In this document: piece by piece, positions 1-17,307 of the stretch
How the letters are laid out: every line of letters begins with the position of its first letter
Position numbering within the stretch: position 1 is the stretch's first letter
The notes under the pieces: generated by a model
The model's input: only the letters and a program-made list of their open reading frames with translations
Told to the model about the DNA's origin: nothing
The model's database searches: none
Assembly (NCBI GenBank): GCA_951406725.2
Contig: OX597836.1
Location: forward strand, 7,068,001 to 7,132,000
DNA from: Octopus vulgaris
Taxonomy: Eukaryota
Direction: 5' to 3'
Length of the DNA stretch: 64,000 nucleotides
Position numbers and translations under genes: made by a program

Positions 1-69
1 TTGCAGCGCACATGTATGTATGTATGGATGGGTGGATGGATCGACCGATCGATCGATCGATATCTGAAT

Positions 70-365
70 GTGCGTGACTTAGTGGTTAGAAAATTCCGGC
101 ACAAGATGGTACGGTCTTCAGTTCGATACCCGACGGCGCTTTGTGTCCTTGAGCAAGACACTTTATTCCCATTGCTCCAGTTCACTCAGTTGGCAGAAAA
201 GGGTAGTACCAGAATTATATAGGGCCAGCCTTGTCACATCTTGTGTCACGCTGAATCCTTGAACTACCGTAAGGTTACCTGTGCCTGCGGAGTCCTCAGC
301 CACTTGTTCATTAATTTCACAACCAAGTTGTTCCTTTGATCGGATCAATTAGGATGCTCGACCGA
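70..365 (+). mobile_element. tRNA-derived SINE, family B (diverged)
   Basis: A/B-box-like head (gacttagtggttag...gttcgatacc), central gtgtccttgagcaagacact motif; body aligns with 51378-51658 and the reverse of 32580-32765. Confidence 0.75.
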
Positions 366-382
366 CCGGTAGACTTTATATA

Positions 383-528
383 TGTGGCTGTGTGGTAAGT
401 AGCTTGCTTACCAACCACATGGCTCCGGGTTCAATCCCACTGCGTGATCCCTTGGGCAAATGTCTTCTACTTTAGACTCAGGCCAACCAAAGTGGATTTC
501 GTAGACGGAAACTGAAAGAAGCTAGTCG

Positions 529-563
<35 letters not shown>

Positions 564-789
564 AATTGTGGGTGGGTTGGTGTGGGTGTGGGTGTACGTG
601 TGTCTATGTTTGCTCCCGCACCATCGCTTGACAACCGATGTTGGTGTGTTTACGTCGCCGTAACATCGCGGTTCGGCAAAAGAGATCAATAGAATAAGTC
701 CTGGGTTTGATTTGTTCGACTAAAGGCGGCGCTCCAACATGGCCGCAGTCAAATGGCTGAAAGAAGTTAAAATAAAAGTAAAAGAAAAG

Positions 790-790
<1 letters not shown>
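383..790 (+). mobile_element. tRNA-derived SINE, family A (internal microsatellite, CR1-like tail)
   Basis: Aligns with 6672-7080, 30996-31420 and 44419-44790; tail ggcggcgctccaacatggccgcagtcaaatggctgaaa. Confidence 0.85.
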
Positions 791-830
<40 letters not shown>

Positions 831-1066
831 TTTGTATTTGGTTTCAAGACGATTTATGTGAATGTGTGTATTGGAGCATATTTTATTGCGCCTGGGAGAG
901 ACATTCTCTTGTAGTACCTTGTTACTTAACACACACACACCGGTTCGAGTCGAAATCGAACCAGTGGAAGTCGAACCGGTGTGTTAAGTAATAAGGCGCT
1001 AAAAGGGAATGCGTCTCCCTAGACACAATATGTGTATGTGTGTATATGTGTGTATACATATATATG

Positions 1067-1136
<70 letters not shown>

Positions 1137-1147
1137 TAAATGTATGC

Positions 1148-1190
<43 letters not shown>

Positions 1191-1268
1191 CATGTATAAA
1201 TATATAAATGTGTGTGAATGTATGTATATATATAAATATATACATACATACATACATACATACATACA

Positions 1269-1304
<36 letters not shown>

Positions 1305-1371
1305 CATACATACATATGTGCGTATATATACATATATTCATGGGATGACGTTGAGAAACATCAGAAGGAGT

Positions 1372-1407
1372 CTTTAACGTTTCGAATCTATGCTCTTCTT
1401 CAGAAAC
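1372..1407 (-). ncRNA. Minimal PLE-type hammerhead ribozyme motif in a Penelope pLTR-like fragment
   Basis: Minus strand ttt-CTGAAGA-a-gagc-atag-attc-GAAA-CGT-T-aaa; imperfect stem II. Confidence 0.6.
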
Positions 1408-1539
1408 GAGATAAAAGATGAAGAAAAAAATACGAGTATGTGAAGGGTTATTAGATGAGTATGAAGTAAGAATATATATGCATATATTTACATACATACG
1501 TACTTACATACACACACAATTACATATAAATGTATGTTG

Positions 1540-1583
<44 letters not shown>

Positions 1584-2034
1584 CATATATGCGTATTTAA
1601 CTATACACTATATATGTGTATGCGTGTTTTGTTACAGGAGCATCGTCCAATAACACAGTACTTGTTCCACGACCTCGCGTGGTTGTTTATTCTTGTTCTT
1701 GTTTTCGATTAATTGCATATGTGTATATATATATATATATGTGTGTGTGTATGTATGTATGTATGTATGTATGTATATATATATAAATATATGTATGTAT
1801 GTATGTATGTATATATATATATACAATTATAGATATTTACACCTATATATGTGTGTACTAATAAAGATATATATACATGTGTGTGTGTCAGTTCTTCTCT
1901 GTGTGTGTATGTGTGTGTGTGTATGTGTGTGTGTGTATGTGTGTGTTTCTGTTATCACATCTAAACTTGAAGCTATTATATATTTTTTACACAGAGGGAC
2001 ACTTCAGTACTGTGATATGATATCACGCAGTATC

Positions 2035-2081
<47 letters not shown>

Positions 2082-3012
2082 ACACATGCTTTTATACGGA
2101 CACAAGTGTATATATGAATATATGCATGTGTCTGTATGTATGTATGCAAATATATACGAATACATATATTGGCAATGTTATCGCCAACATTTTTGCAGAC
2201 GATAGCCTGATCTGCTTCTAACATCAAAATACACGAGTGTATATAATTTGATTCTCACCGAAGCGATACGATACGATACAACACTTCAATCACGATAGTA
2301 TGTACGAATATAGGATAGATATCACACTGATACTATGATATCTCTGTGACCTGATTTTTACTACATTCTAACATTCAACCATTGCATACGATAATCATTC
2401 AACCACGTGATGCCATTGGAAACATGGCGTGATAGTGCAACATATAGAATTTGATACTACATTATTGAATACCGGAACAGCGCGAGGAAGGACGGCGGGC
2501 GTGAAATTATCACAGATATTTCAAAAGTTCGAAAATTAATAAAAACGTAATTAATAAAAGATAATTATATATATAGAACAACATTATGCGAGGTGAATAA
2601 TTGCTTGTATGTTGTATATAATTTAAATATCATGAGATTATGCGGTGGTATTGACGTTGCACTTATGTTTGTAATTATCGTACTGGTTTATTAAATATGA
2701 TGGGGAATGTGTCGATGTGTTTGTATGTTTGCATGTATTCGTGTGTGTGTGTGTGTGTGTGTACGTGTGTATGCTTGCATGTATTCCTGTATGTGTATGT
2801 GTGTGTGTGTGTGTGTGTGTATGTGTGTGTGTATATATATATATATAAATATATATATACGTTCCTAGAGTTGTATTCTTGGAAATATCCAGCCAGATTT
2901 TGTGTATATGTGTGTGAATATGTTTATCGATATAGACGAGTAACAAGATACATACACGTACGTTTGAATAGAGAGACGGACAGGCAGTCAGACAGACAAA
3001 CAGACAGAAAGG

Positions 3013-3086
<74 letters not shown>

Positions 3087-3164
3087 TAGATAGAGATATA
3101 TAGTTTCATTGAAAGACTTTCATTCAAATATGTATATATGTGTGAGGGGGTCTGAGTGTGTATG

Positions 3165-3217
<53 letters not shown>

Positions 3218-3362
3218 GTATGTATACATATGCATATATATATCTATATATGTATATATGTGTGTATATATATGCGTATATATATATTTCATATATATAT
3301 GTATACATGTATACATAAAAATATATTGTATCTACTCATGCATATATATATTTATATATGTG

Positions 3363-3412
<50 letters not shown>

Positions 3413-3419
3413 TATTAAG

Positions 3420-3450
<31 letters not shown>

Positions 3451-3686
3451 ATATATATATATATATGTATGTTGTGTCTAAGTACGCATAAGTGTGTATG
3501 TATACACACATAGAAACACATGCATACATTTAGATATATGTATATATGCACGAATGTATACATTTCTATGCTTATATATATATATAAATATATATATTTA
3601 AATGTATACATATACATACAAACGTACAAATATATGCATATATGTATGTGTTTGTGTATTTATATATGTAAGTATATATGTAAACA

Positions 3687-3718
<32 letters not shown>

Positions 3719-4011
3719 CATATATACATATATATATATACATATATATATATACATATATATATATGTGTGTATGTGTGTATGTATGTGTATATATATG
3801 TATGTGTATATATATGTATGTATGTGTATATATATATATCAATCTAAATTGTTTGTATGATTTGCTCGCAGCGAATAATTAATTCCAAAATTACAAAATA
3901 TAAACTCCATCACACAAACTTTCTGCCGGCGACCAGAAACAGATATTTACTGTCAATTAACTGCCATTATTGTTATTGTAGTTGTTGTTGTTGTTGTTGT
4001 TGTGTTGTTGA

Positions 4012-4895
<884 letters not shown>

Positions 4896-5394
4896 AGATG
4901 TTGTTGTAAATATTATTGTTAATGTTACTATTTATTAATAATGTTGTCGTGGAATAACAGAAACAAAAAACTAAAGCTACAACAACAACAACAAAAAGAA
5001 GACCAAATTCAGTTTCAACCCTGTGTAGGTATGGTCATTGATGTATATTCTATCAGATTCACTCGATCATGAAATGACACACAGACATTCACACACTGAT
5101 CTCGTACAAGCATACACACACACACACACACACACAACACACACATATATATATAAGGATATATGTACGTATTTATTTACATTTATGTTTATATATACAT
5201 ATATGCACATACATAAATATATAGCTACACATATCCACAAATATGTGTGTATTTGCGTATATGAACACATATACTAATGTTTATATATTCATATGTATGT
5301 GTGTGTATATATATATATATATATATACATATATATTTATATATATATATACTTATATGTATATATGTACATATATATATATATGTATGTCTGT

Positions 5395-5480
<86 letters not shown>

Positions 5481-6229
5481 AAAATGTACATCTATATACA
5501 TGTATATATGTGTTGGTGGTATGTTTTTATGCGGGCAAGCAGTGTATATTTAAATTGTGTGTGTATGTACACATATGTGTATATGTACGCTTGTATGTGT
5601 AAGCACACACACACACACACACACATACGCACATACGCACATAAATATGTATGCAACCACACATCTATATACGCACAAACGCATACACAAACATTCTTAC
5701 TTTCATACAGAGGTAAACATATACATATATACACAAAAATAGATGTTCATACGTTGCACTAATACACACAGTATATATAATCATGCATGTATATATATGT
5801 ATATATATACATACATACATATATATATATACACATATATATATAAATATATATTTATATTTATATTTATCTATGTATATGTAGTATACATATGTATATA
5901 TATATATGTGTGTATGTATAATCATACATAAATGCATACATACATACATACTTCCATATATACATACATGTACATGTATACACACACGTATAGAAACACA
6001 TACCTCTCTCTCAACACAGGCACAAACATGGACCCCACAGACTCGAATGTAAAGACACACATCACCTCCCACATCCATTAATTACGTATATATATATATA
6101 CACACACATCTTTATGCATGTTGGGCATATATATAGATGTGTGTATATATATATACATACATACATACATACATACATACATACATACATACATACATAC
6201 ATACATACATACATACATACATACATACA

Positions 6230-6265
<36 letters not shown>

Positions 6266-6671
6266 TACATATGCATAGTAAGGTCAATTTAATTATGGTT
6301 TGAGACAAGTTCATTACTTGCAGCCAATAAACAGAGAACTTTGATTCAGTTTATCACACGTCACCACATACATACAAATATCCACACTAATATTATGTAC
6401 ACATATAGTCAAGCAATATCCAAGTATACAATATATATGTACATATATATATATATATATAAAAACACACATACACATATACATATGTATATGTATGTAC
6501 GTATACATATGTATACATGTATACATAGACATAAGCGGGCGAGCCAAAAACTTCCAAGTTCTCTTTGTAAAAATTAATATGTAGTCTACTAAAACAGATT
6601 GCGTAATGATTCTGTTTAATGTAAAATGCTTTTCAAATGTAACATCACATAAAGTTAAATATTTATAAACA

Positions 6672-7080
6672 TAGGCGCAGGAGTGGCTGTGTGGTGAATA
6701 GCTTGCTTACCGACCACATGGTTCCGGGTTCAGTCCCACTGCGTGGCACCTTTAGCAAGTGTCTTCTACTACAGCCTCGGGCCGACCAAAGCCTTGTGAG
6801 TGGATTTGGTAGACGGAAACTGAAAGAAGCCCGTCGTATATATGTATATGTATATATGTGTGTGTGTATGTGTTTGTGTGTCTGTGTTTGTCCCCCCCCC
6901 CAACATCGCTGGACAACCGATGCTGGTGTGTTTACGTCCCCGTAACACTAGCGGTTCGGCAAAATAGACCGATAGAATATGTACTAGGCTTACAAAGAAT
7001 AAGTCCTGGGGTCTATTTGCTCGACTAAATACGGTGCTCCAGCATGGCCGCAGTCAAATGACTGAAGCAAGTAAAAGAGT
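6672..7080 (+). mobile_element. SINE family A, full length
   Basis: Head taggcgcaggagtggctgtgtggt...ggttcagtccc; internal (TA/TG) tract; tail ggtgctccagcatggccgcagtcaaatgactgaa. Confidence 0.9.
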
Positions 7081-7132
7081 ATTCATACATATGTATGCGT
7101 GCGTGTGCGTGTGTACGTGTGTGTGTGTGTTC

Positions 7133-7182
<50 letters not shown>

Positions 7183-7534
7183 GTTCTCTACTGTTTTTAA
7201 TTATTTGAATTCATCTTTGAGGAAGGAGCTGATTTCTAGCAATGATGCGAAACTCCATCGCTGGAATACAGATAACAAAGTCAGTTTCACATTTTAAACT
7301 TAAGAAAAGTCTTGCATGTTTTTACTGTTCCTCTTACAGAATGTGTTTGTAATCTGCGAGTTTATTTCTTCTTCTGAAAACCCTAGCGTATCCAAAGTGG
7401 CACTTAGGCATATATGTATGTATGTCATTATTTCAAGATTTCTTACCGATGGAGAAAGAGCCAGTTTCTGTTCTAGATCCATTACATCAGACGAACCGGT
7501 TGATTTTGTTCATTCATTATAAATCTTGAATTAT

Positions 7535-7600
7535 GCTTGCACTGATGAGTAAAGAATGCAAACCACTGCACTGATTACGAAATCACAGAAGATCTGCAGC
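7535..7600 (+). ncRNA. Type I hammerhead ribozyme candidate with intact core
   Basis: gcttgca-CTGATGA-gtaa[...]ttac-GAAA-tc-acagaa-ga-TC-tgcagc: stem I tgca/tgca, stem II gtaa/ttac, stem III tc/ga, AUC triplet. Confidence 0.65.
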
Positions 7601-7722
7601 TAAATTCTGTTTTTAAATTACTTGTTTCGAGAGTTGTATTTGGTACGATATGTTTATTTATTTTAGTAGTTTTGATTTTAAGAGTCCCTCCTAGCGTGTG
7701 GCATTTATGTGTAATAATCCTC

Positions 7723-7784
<62 letters not shown>

Positions 7785-7838
7785 TCTATATAATATAAAT
7801 ATAAATAAATATATATTTATATATATATATAAATAACA

Positions 7839-7874
<36 letters not shown>

Positions 7875-8370
7875 TATATATATACATTTATGTTGATTCC
7901 TGTATATGTATGTATATTATGTTCATAAATATATACATACATATATATATACATGTATAAATATATACATACATATATACAAACGAGGTATGTATATTAG
8001 TGTGTGCGACGGAGAATGAAAAAGAGAAAGAAAGAGACTATATAAAACTAGCGGTGTTTCTGAAGATATCCTTCCTTCATGAAATTACAGGACTTGAGAA
8101 GCGTTTTCTTTCTTGTGCCTTGGCATGCAAATTTGTAAATGCATATTCCACCAAAGAGAAAGTGCCGTACTTGTGTGTCTGACGCGAGAATTTTGGTAAT
8201 GAAATGCAAAATCAAGCAAGAGAATGTACTTCGGAAAAACGATGTAATACATAGATTTCAATGCAAAAATGAAAGTAGTAAACTTCACGACTAAAAATGT
8301 TACATTAGATTCACAATTAATGACATGCTCTCGTCAGTTGATTATGCATTTACATCACATTATAATGCTG

Positions 8371-9117
8371 CATGACAGTATCACAGTATCGACCAGACCA
8401 TCAGATGCTGTTATACACCGCTGGTCACAATGCGCTTCCAATTCTGTCTTGATTGTGCCATTCGTTCTATCTTGACCCAAATTGCTTAACTTAATCGTCT
8501 TTCCATCATCGTGGAGGTTGTCCTTCCACGTGGTCTTTTCAGATCTTTTGGTTATCACTCGGCAACTACTCAGATTTACCTGTTGTCCATGAACCTTATC
8601 ACATGACCAGCCCAGTGGAACTTGTACTGTCGACATCCTGCGATCACATCGTTCACTCCTCTCCGCTCCGTTGTCGAATTAATTCATTTCAGATATACTT
8701 TCGTAATGGTATTCCCAGCATGGATCTATCGATGGCCCTTTGCGTTGTAGCCAATTCATGTTCCATCCTCTTCGTAGTAGCCCACGTTTCACCTGCGCAT
8801 AAGAGCGAAGGTACGATGGTGCTGTTGAAGATTCTGGCACGCATGGCATTGTCTTGCTTTGTCTTAAACACATCCTTTATTGAACTAAATGCTTCCCATC
8901 CTGCCCTTGTTCTTTTTGAGATTTCAGCGTCCATCTGTCGGCGCATATTCACTGAGTGCCCTAGAAAGACGTAATCCTGGACCTCCTTGATATCATCTCT
9001 CCAAAGCTCTTTACCACATGTCTGAAAATGGTCATCAAGGACATTAATAGGACAGGTGACGTGAACATCAACGGCGAGCGACCAACACAAGCCCGATTCG
9101 CAGACGACATTGTACTC
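8371..9117 (-). mobile_element. 5'-truncated RTE-clade non-LTR retrotransposon with inverted 5' segment
   Basis: Minus strand IKEVQDYVFLG...EISKRTRAGWEAF...ETWATTK (RTE RT C-terminus); plus strand 8988-9120 DIISPKLF...NINGE...RFADDIVLI; TSD ataatgctg at 8362-8370 and 9118-9126; (gatactgt)2 tail. Confidence 0.88.
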
Positions 9118-9176
9118 ATAATGCTGTTCAGGAAATAAAATTATAGACAGAGCATTTGTTGACTATTCTACATAGA

Positions 9177-9418
9177 ACGGCGGCAAGCTGGCAGAAACGT
9201 TAGCACGCCGGGCGAAATGTGTAGCTGTATTTCGTCTGCCGTTACGTTCTGAGTTCGAATTCCGCCGAGGTCGACTTTGCCTTTCATCCTTTCGGGGTCG
9301 ATAAATTTAGTACCAGTTACGCACTGGGGTCGATGTAATCGACTTAATCCGTTTGTCTGTCCTTGTTTGTCCCCTCTGTGTTTAGCCCCTTGTGAGTAGT
9401 AAAGAAATATATACTACC
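9177..9418 (+). mobile_element. SINE family C1 (Tx1-like tail)
   Basis: Head ggcggcaagctggcagaaacgttag...gagttcgaattcc; 12-bp TSD attctacataga at 9165-9176 and 9419-9430; aligns with 56806-57035. Confidence 0.88.
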
Positions 9419-11400
9419 ATTCTACATAGATTTCGACGCACAAAATACAAAAGGAGATTAACTGTGACATGTTTTGTAAATGACAAAACAAACATAAACA
9501 CATTAATATGACACACGCGAATTGACCATTGGATTCTACGAAGACTTAAAGGCTGCAGAATTCTAAATCCGGTGGAGATGATTTTTATCAATTTTCACAG
9601 AATCCTCACTATCCTTTGATACCTGTTGCCAACTACGCGAACAGAAGGTTGATTGATGTCATTATCGTTTCATTCGGTGAGTTCTTAAAAGTTTTAATAG
9701 ACTAATGCGTTTCGAATTTAACATAAAGAACTGATAAGGATAATATTAATATATTTCATTAGAAATATTAAACTCTAACATATTTGTGCTTTTAATAGAA
9801 TGTGTGTGTGTGTGTGTGTTAAAAATATTGGAAAATTGCGTATGTGTAAAACTTCGAAGATTGCAAAGGAAATAACTCGTGACATTTAATTTTTTAAAAT
9901 TTTAATTTGTAAAATCTAAAGATAATATGAACCATGCTATTTTAAGTTTTGGGAATTTTTAACCGTACGAAGTATATAATGCTACTGTTTCAATCAGCTT
10001 TTTTGTAATAAATTATTGCTAACCAAATACTTTGAGGCTGTCTGAACCGACCTGTCCCCTCTGACATTCTGCTTAATCAATTGTGGTCTTGAACTTATGT
10101 AATTAATTTCTCACATAAACAAAGTTAGCAACATAAATTTCAAGGAAAATTATCAGGGACATGGTGAGTGCTGTGGTTGAAAATTGATCACTTAATTTCA
10201 ACAGCCGACGATTCGTTTTTGTTTGTTTTTTTTTTTTCTTTTTTCTTTTAAAAACCAAATGTGCTTCGAGACGCTTGCAGAAAATTGTTTCCGGTTTCTT
10301 CCTACATACTTTTCATATGACTGTGAAATTTATAGAGCATTATAAAAATAGTTACCACTAGATGGGACAAAATTTTGTTAAAATCTTCTGGGGTTACTGA
10401 GTCCTGGAAAATTTTGCTAGTATGGTCAGCTTTAATCATACCTTTTTTAAAATCTTTTAGTGTCTATGATTCATGAGAAAATAGCAAGAAATTAAATTTA
10501 AGAACCCTCTGACAATGTGTGCACTACTTTTAAACTAAAGACTGGATTATACCATAAACTGTCTTTTTAGTCAGTTTCTACTCTTATGGGTATTGGAGTG
10601 TGTCGTGTAAGGTATTTATTTGTAAAGATTACAAACAGCATTATTATAATCATGACAAGGACTATCAACCATAATTTCATTTGAAGATAACGAAAAAACG
10701 TTTACCAACATGTGGGACTAAATTTATTAGGACCATAAAGTGCGATTTGAAACCTTATTTATATAATCTTTCATTAGGTTTTCAATATGAGTAAAACTAA
10801 TTCGTTTCTAAATTTAAAGGGATATCGAGAATATGAAATACAATGAGGAGAGGGACGATGAGAATTGTTAAATCATTATTAAATAACTTTATAAAGTATT
10901 TTCTATAAATAGCAAGCTCGTGATAGTCCATATTGTGCGAAAGCATGAGACTACCAACTTTGTATACACACCTTCACACGGTACGGTATCTTTTATGTAA
11001 AATGTTCAAAATATTGATTCCAACTGTTTCGCATGATCCAGCTTCATAAGAGAAGCTTTTGCTGTTCAAACAAAAGACCTCCGTTTCTTCCGCTCAATAT
11101 AAGTTATCGAAACACAAAAGGGATTTCCTTGCGTGCCAAACGAGCAGATTTGCTAATTAGCTAAGGTGATATTGGCGAAAGTTGAATCTTTGAGGAGCGG
11201 TGTATGTGAGGAAAGGGCAAAAATACGATAAAATCAAATTGAAGTGAATTTGAAATGTTGTTTGTCTTTAATACCAGTGAATCATGCAACTCTGGACATA
11301 TTGTTGTTCCATAGTGATTTATATATATGTAGATATATACATACATATATCTATATGTGTGTGTGTGTTTGTGTGTGTTTGTGTGTGGATGTGAATGAGC

Positions 11401-11438
<38 letters not shown>

Positions 11439-11462
11439 CAAATATATATATACATATACATG

Positions 11463-11521
<59 letters not shown>

Positions 11522-11661
11522 CCGCATCTGAGTGGGTATTTTAGCATTTGCCTATATAACTATACACTAAAACCTATAATTATATATCAAAAGATAGATT
11601 TGTACGTATATATACATATACATATGCATATACTTATATACCTACATATATACCTACATAT

Positions 11662-11718
<57 letters not shown>

Positions 11719-12034
11719 AGATAGATTGATTGATAGATAGATAGGTATGTATGTATGTATGTATGTATGTACAAGAGTGAGTATTGTGCAAACTAAAGAA
11801 AAGGAGACTCATACATTATGTAGGAGTTACATAGATTATTTAATAGCAGTTTGATTCGGTTCTTAAATTATCGAAAGTTTGTCAAACAAGCCTGTCTCCT
11901 CAGGCACATAGAAGCCGAATTCTACGAACTTGGCGACTTTGATTCGTTTCACGAGATTACAAAGCTTTAGTTTGTATGGAACTGAATGAAACAGTTATTG
12001 GATAACATATGTGCGCGCGGGTATTTGTGTGTGC

Positions 12035-12109
<75 letters not shown>

Positions 12110-12394
12110 ATTGTCAATTTGTCTTGATAATTAAGCAGTATCCTTGGACGATTATATACAAACCTGACCCTTTCAATATATATATGTTTGTGTGTGTGTG
12201 TTCGTATGTGTATGTATATATATATAATATAAATAACATGTAGATATATGCATATATACGTACGTATATGTATATACCTACATATATATGTATATATACG
12301 TGCATATATGGGTACAGGACATCATGAAAATGTTGAACACAATGAGAAACGAAAACACAAAAAGAAGAACATAGAATACGAACTTTATATTCTT

Positions 12395-12500
12395 TTATTC
12401 CTTATTTTCATTTGACTGCGGCCATACTGGAGCACCGCCTTTAGTCGAACAAATCAACCCCAGGACTTATTGTCTGTAAGTCTAGTATTTATTCAATCTG
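12395..12500 (-). mobile_element. SINE family A 3' fragment
   Basis: catttgactgcggccatactggagcaccgcctttagtcgaac is the reverse of the family A tail. Confidence 0.75.
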
Positions 12501-13741
12501 TTTTTTCAGCTGAGTGTTCGTGTCAGAGTAAGACAGATCCTGTGAGATGTACTTCGGGGGTCTGGTGTGGATATTAATGCCTTTAAATGTGCGTATTTGA
12601 ACTTATGTAGGTGTATGTATGTGTGCGTGTGCGTGTGCGTATGCGGTGTGCGTTAGCGTCTACAAGGGAGACAGACAGACAGAGAGACAGTCAGACAGAC
12701 AGAGACAGACAGACAGACAGAGACAGACAGACAGAAGCAGTTGGGAATTAATGTGTGAATGTACAAACGGGGTGTATGCATATTCATGTGTGTGTGTGTG
12801 TGTGTGTGTGGGTGTGTGTGTGTGGGGGGGGGGGGTGTGACGAGGAAGGAAAAAGAGGGAGGAAGAGAATTAGGGAAGAAGGGCGAAGAAAAGGCAAAGC
12901 GAGAAGGAGATTGGGAGAAGGAGCTGGGGTGGGTACGCGAGAGTGAATATGCATGGCTTGATATCAGGGACCACTACACTTCTTCTGGACCCTAAACACC
13001 GACCCGTGTAATTGCAACATATCTAAGGGAGTTGCAGTGACAGTGGCACGAATAAAAACAGAGTTGCATGTGGGGGACACAAATTGAGTCACACGGTCTA
13101 TTACTGAAACAGAACCAAGCCACACTCAGGATACAACCAAGAGCAAAGGGTCACATTGCATGGAATTTCACGTAGTCAATAGAACTGCTAGAAATAGCAG
13201 CAAAGATTTTTTACTAAACCACAGATTATCGTGATCTACAGCAGGATGGAATCTAAGGAAGATTATAACATAAAAACTGGTGTTAAAAATATGAAACGTG
13301 ATCAGAAAGAGAACATGGAAAACTTTTCACAGTAGATATCTTATATGAACGCAGACCAAGGACTAAGAACGATAGACCTCTACAAAGACAGTAATACCTA
13401 ACAAGGACAGAACAGAGAACAGCAGCCCGGATGCATTGAGTAAAAACATACACAGGATGAGGGAATCATCCGGATCTGGACCCTGTCGTGCATAGATAAA
13501 ATTATATATATATGTATATATATATGTATATATATATATATGTATTTGCTTATATATATATATATATATATATATGCATATGTAAATGCTTATATATCTA
13601 TATAGATATATATACATACATTTATATATTTATACATATATATATGTATACCTACATATAAATATATGTATATGTATATACAGGAACTGTATTATACATA
13701 CATATATATATATATATATGGAAACTAGAATCAATCAATTA

Positions 13742-13801
<60 letters not shown>

Positions 13802-14312
13802 GCATATATATATATGCATATATATATATGTATGCATATATATCTGTATGTATGCATATATCTACATATATGCACACTTGCGAATGTTGATATATATCTA
13901 AATATATTTATATTTACGATATTCATAGATAAATAGACGGGCATATATATAAACACATATACCCATATGTAAATTACAATAAATACATATACATGCTTAT
14001 GCATAAATATATTTACGAAAGTGTATATATATATATATACATATATGTATATATATATACATATATATATATACACATACATGCATATACATATGTATAT
14101 ATACATATATGTATATATATATATACATACATATATATACATATATATATCTATATACATACATATGTATGCATATATATACACATATATATACACATAT
14201 ATATATATACACACATATATATATGTGTATATATATATGTCCAAACACATATATATATGTAATGTATAATATGCATATATAAATACATATAGATGCGTGT
14301 AGATATATATGT

Positions 14313-14409
<97 letters not shown>

Positions 14410-14693
14410 CAGACATATGCGTATACATATACATATACATACATACATATATGAACGTACATATACATGCATTTACATATACAAATTTTAATATGCATTG
14501 ACAAACATTTCTGAAAAATCATTGTATATAATGTATTTATCAAAGAGTTTGATGGTGACTTCGAAATTTCATCAAATTATTATGAAGCCAACGAATTTAA
14601 AGGTTCGAAACCCCAATCCAATATTGAGAATTCCGGGCTTTTGCACGCGTGCATTTCCACAGATATATATGTATGTATATATATATCAAATAT

Positions 14694-17057
<2,364 letters not shown>

Positions 17058-17114
17058 GATTGATTGATTGATTGATTCTAGTTTCAGCTTATGAGCTGTG
17101 GCCATGCTGGGGCA
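17058..17114 (-). mobile_element. Extreme 3' end of a CR1-type LINE with (AATC)n tail
   Basis: Reverse reads tgccccagcatggccacagctcataagctgaaactag(aatc)n, matching 53833-53905. Confidence 0.75.
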
Positions 17115-17247
17115 ATATTTATATATGTATGTATGTATGTATATATTCACATGTATATATGCATATGATCATATATATATGTGATATACATAAATATATA
17201 TATATATGTATGCATATATACTGATATATAAATACTTAGGTCTATAA

Positions 17248-17307
<60 letters not shown>

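Noticed and set aside
922-991. Short hairpin ttacttaacaca..ccggttcga / tcgaaccggtgtgttaagtaa
   Set aside because: A real small inverted repeat but single copy with no supportable function.
2170-2222. IFADDSLI, an RT-like motif
   Set aside because: Isolated, followed by a stop, with no other RT motifs nearby.
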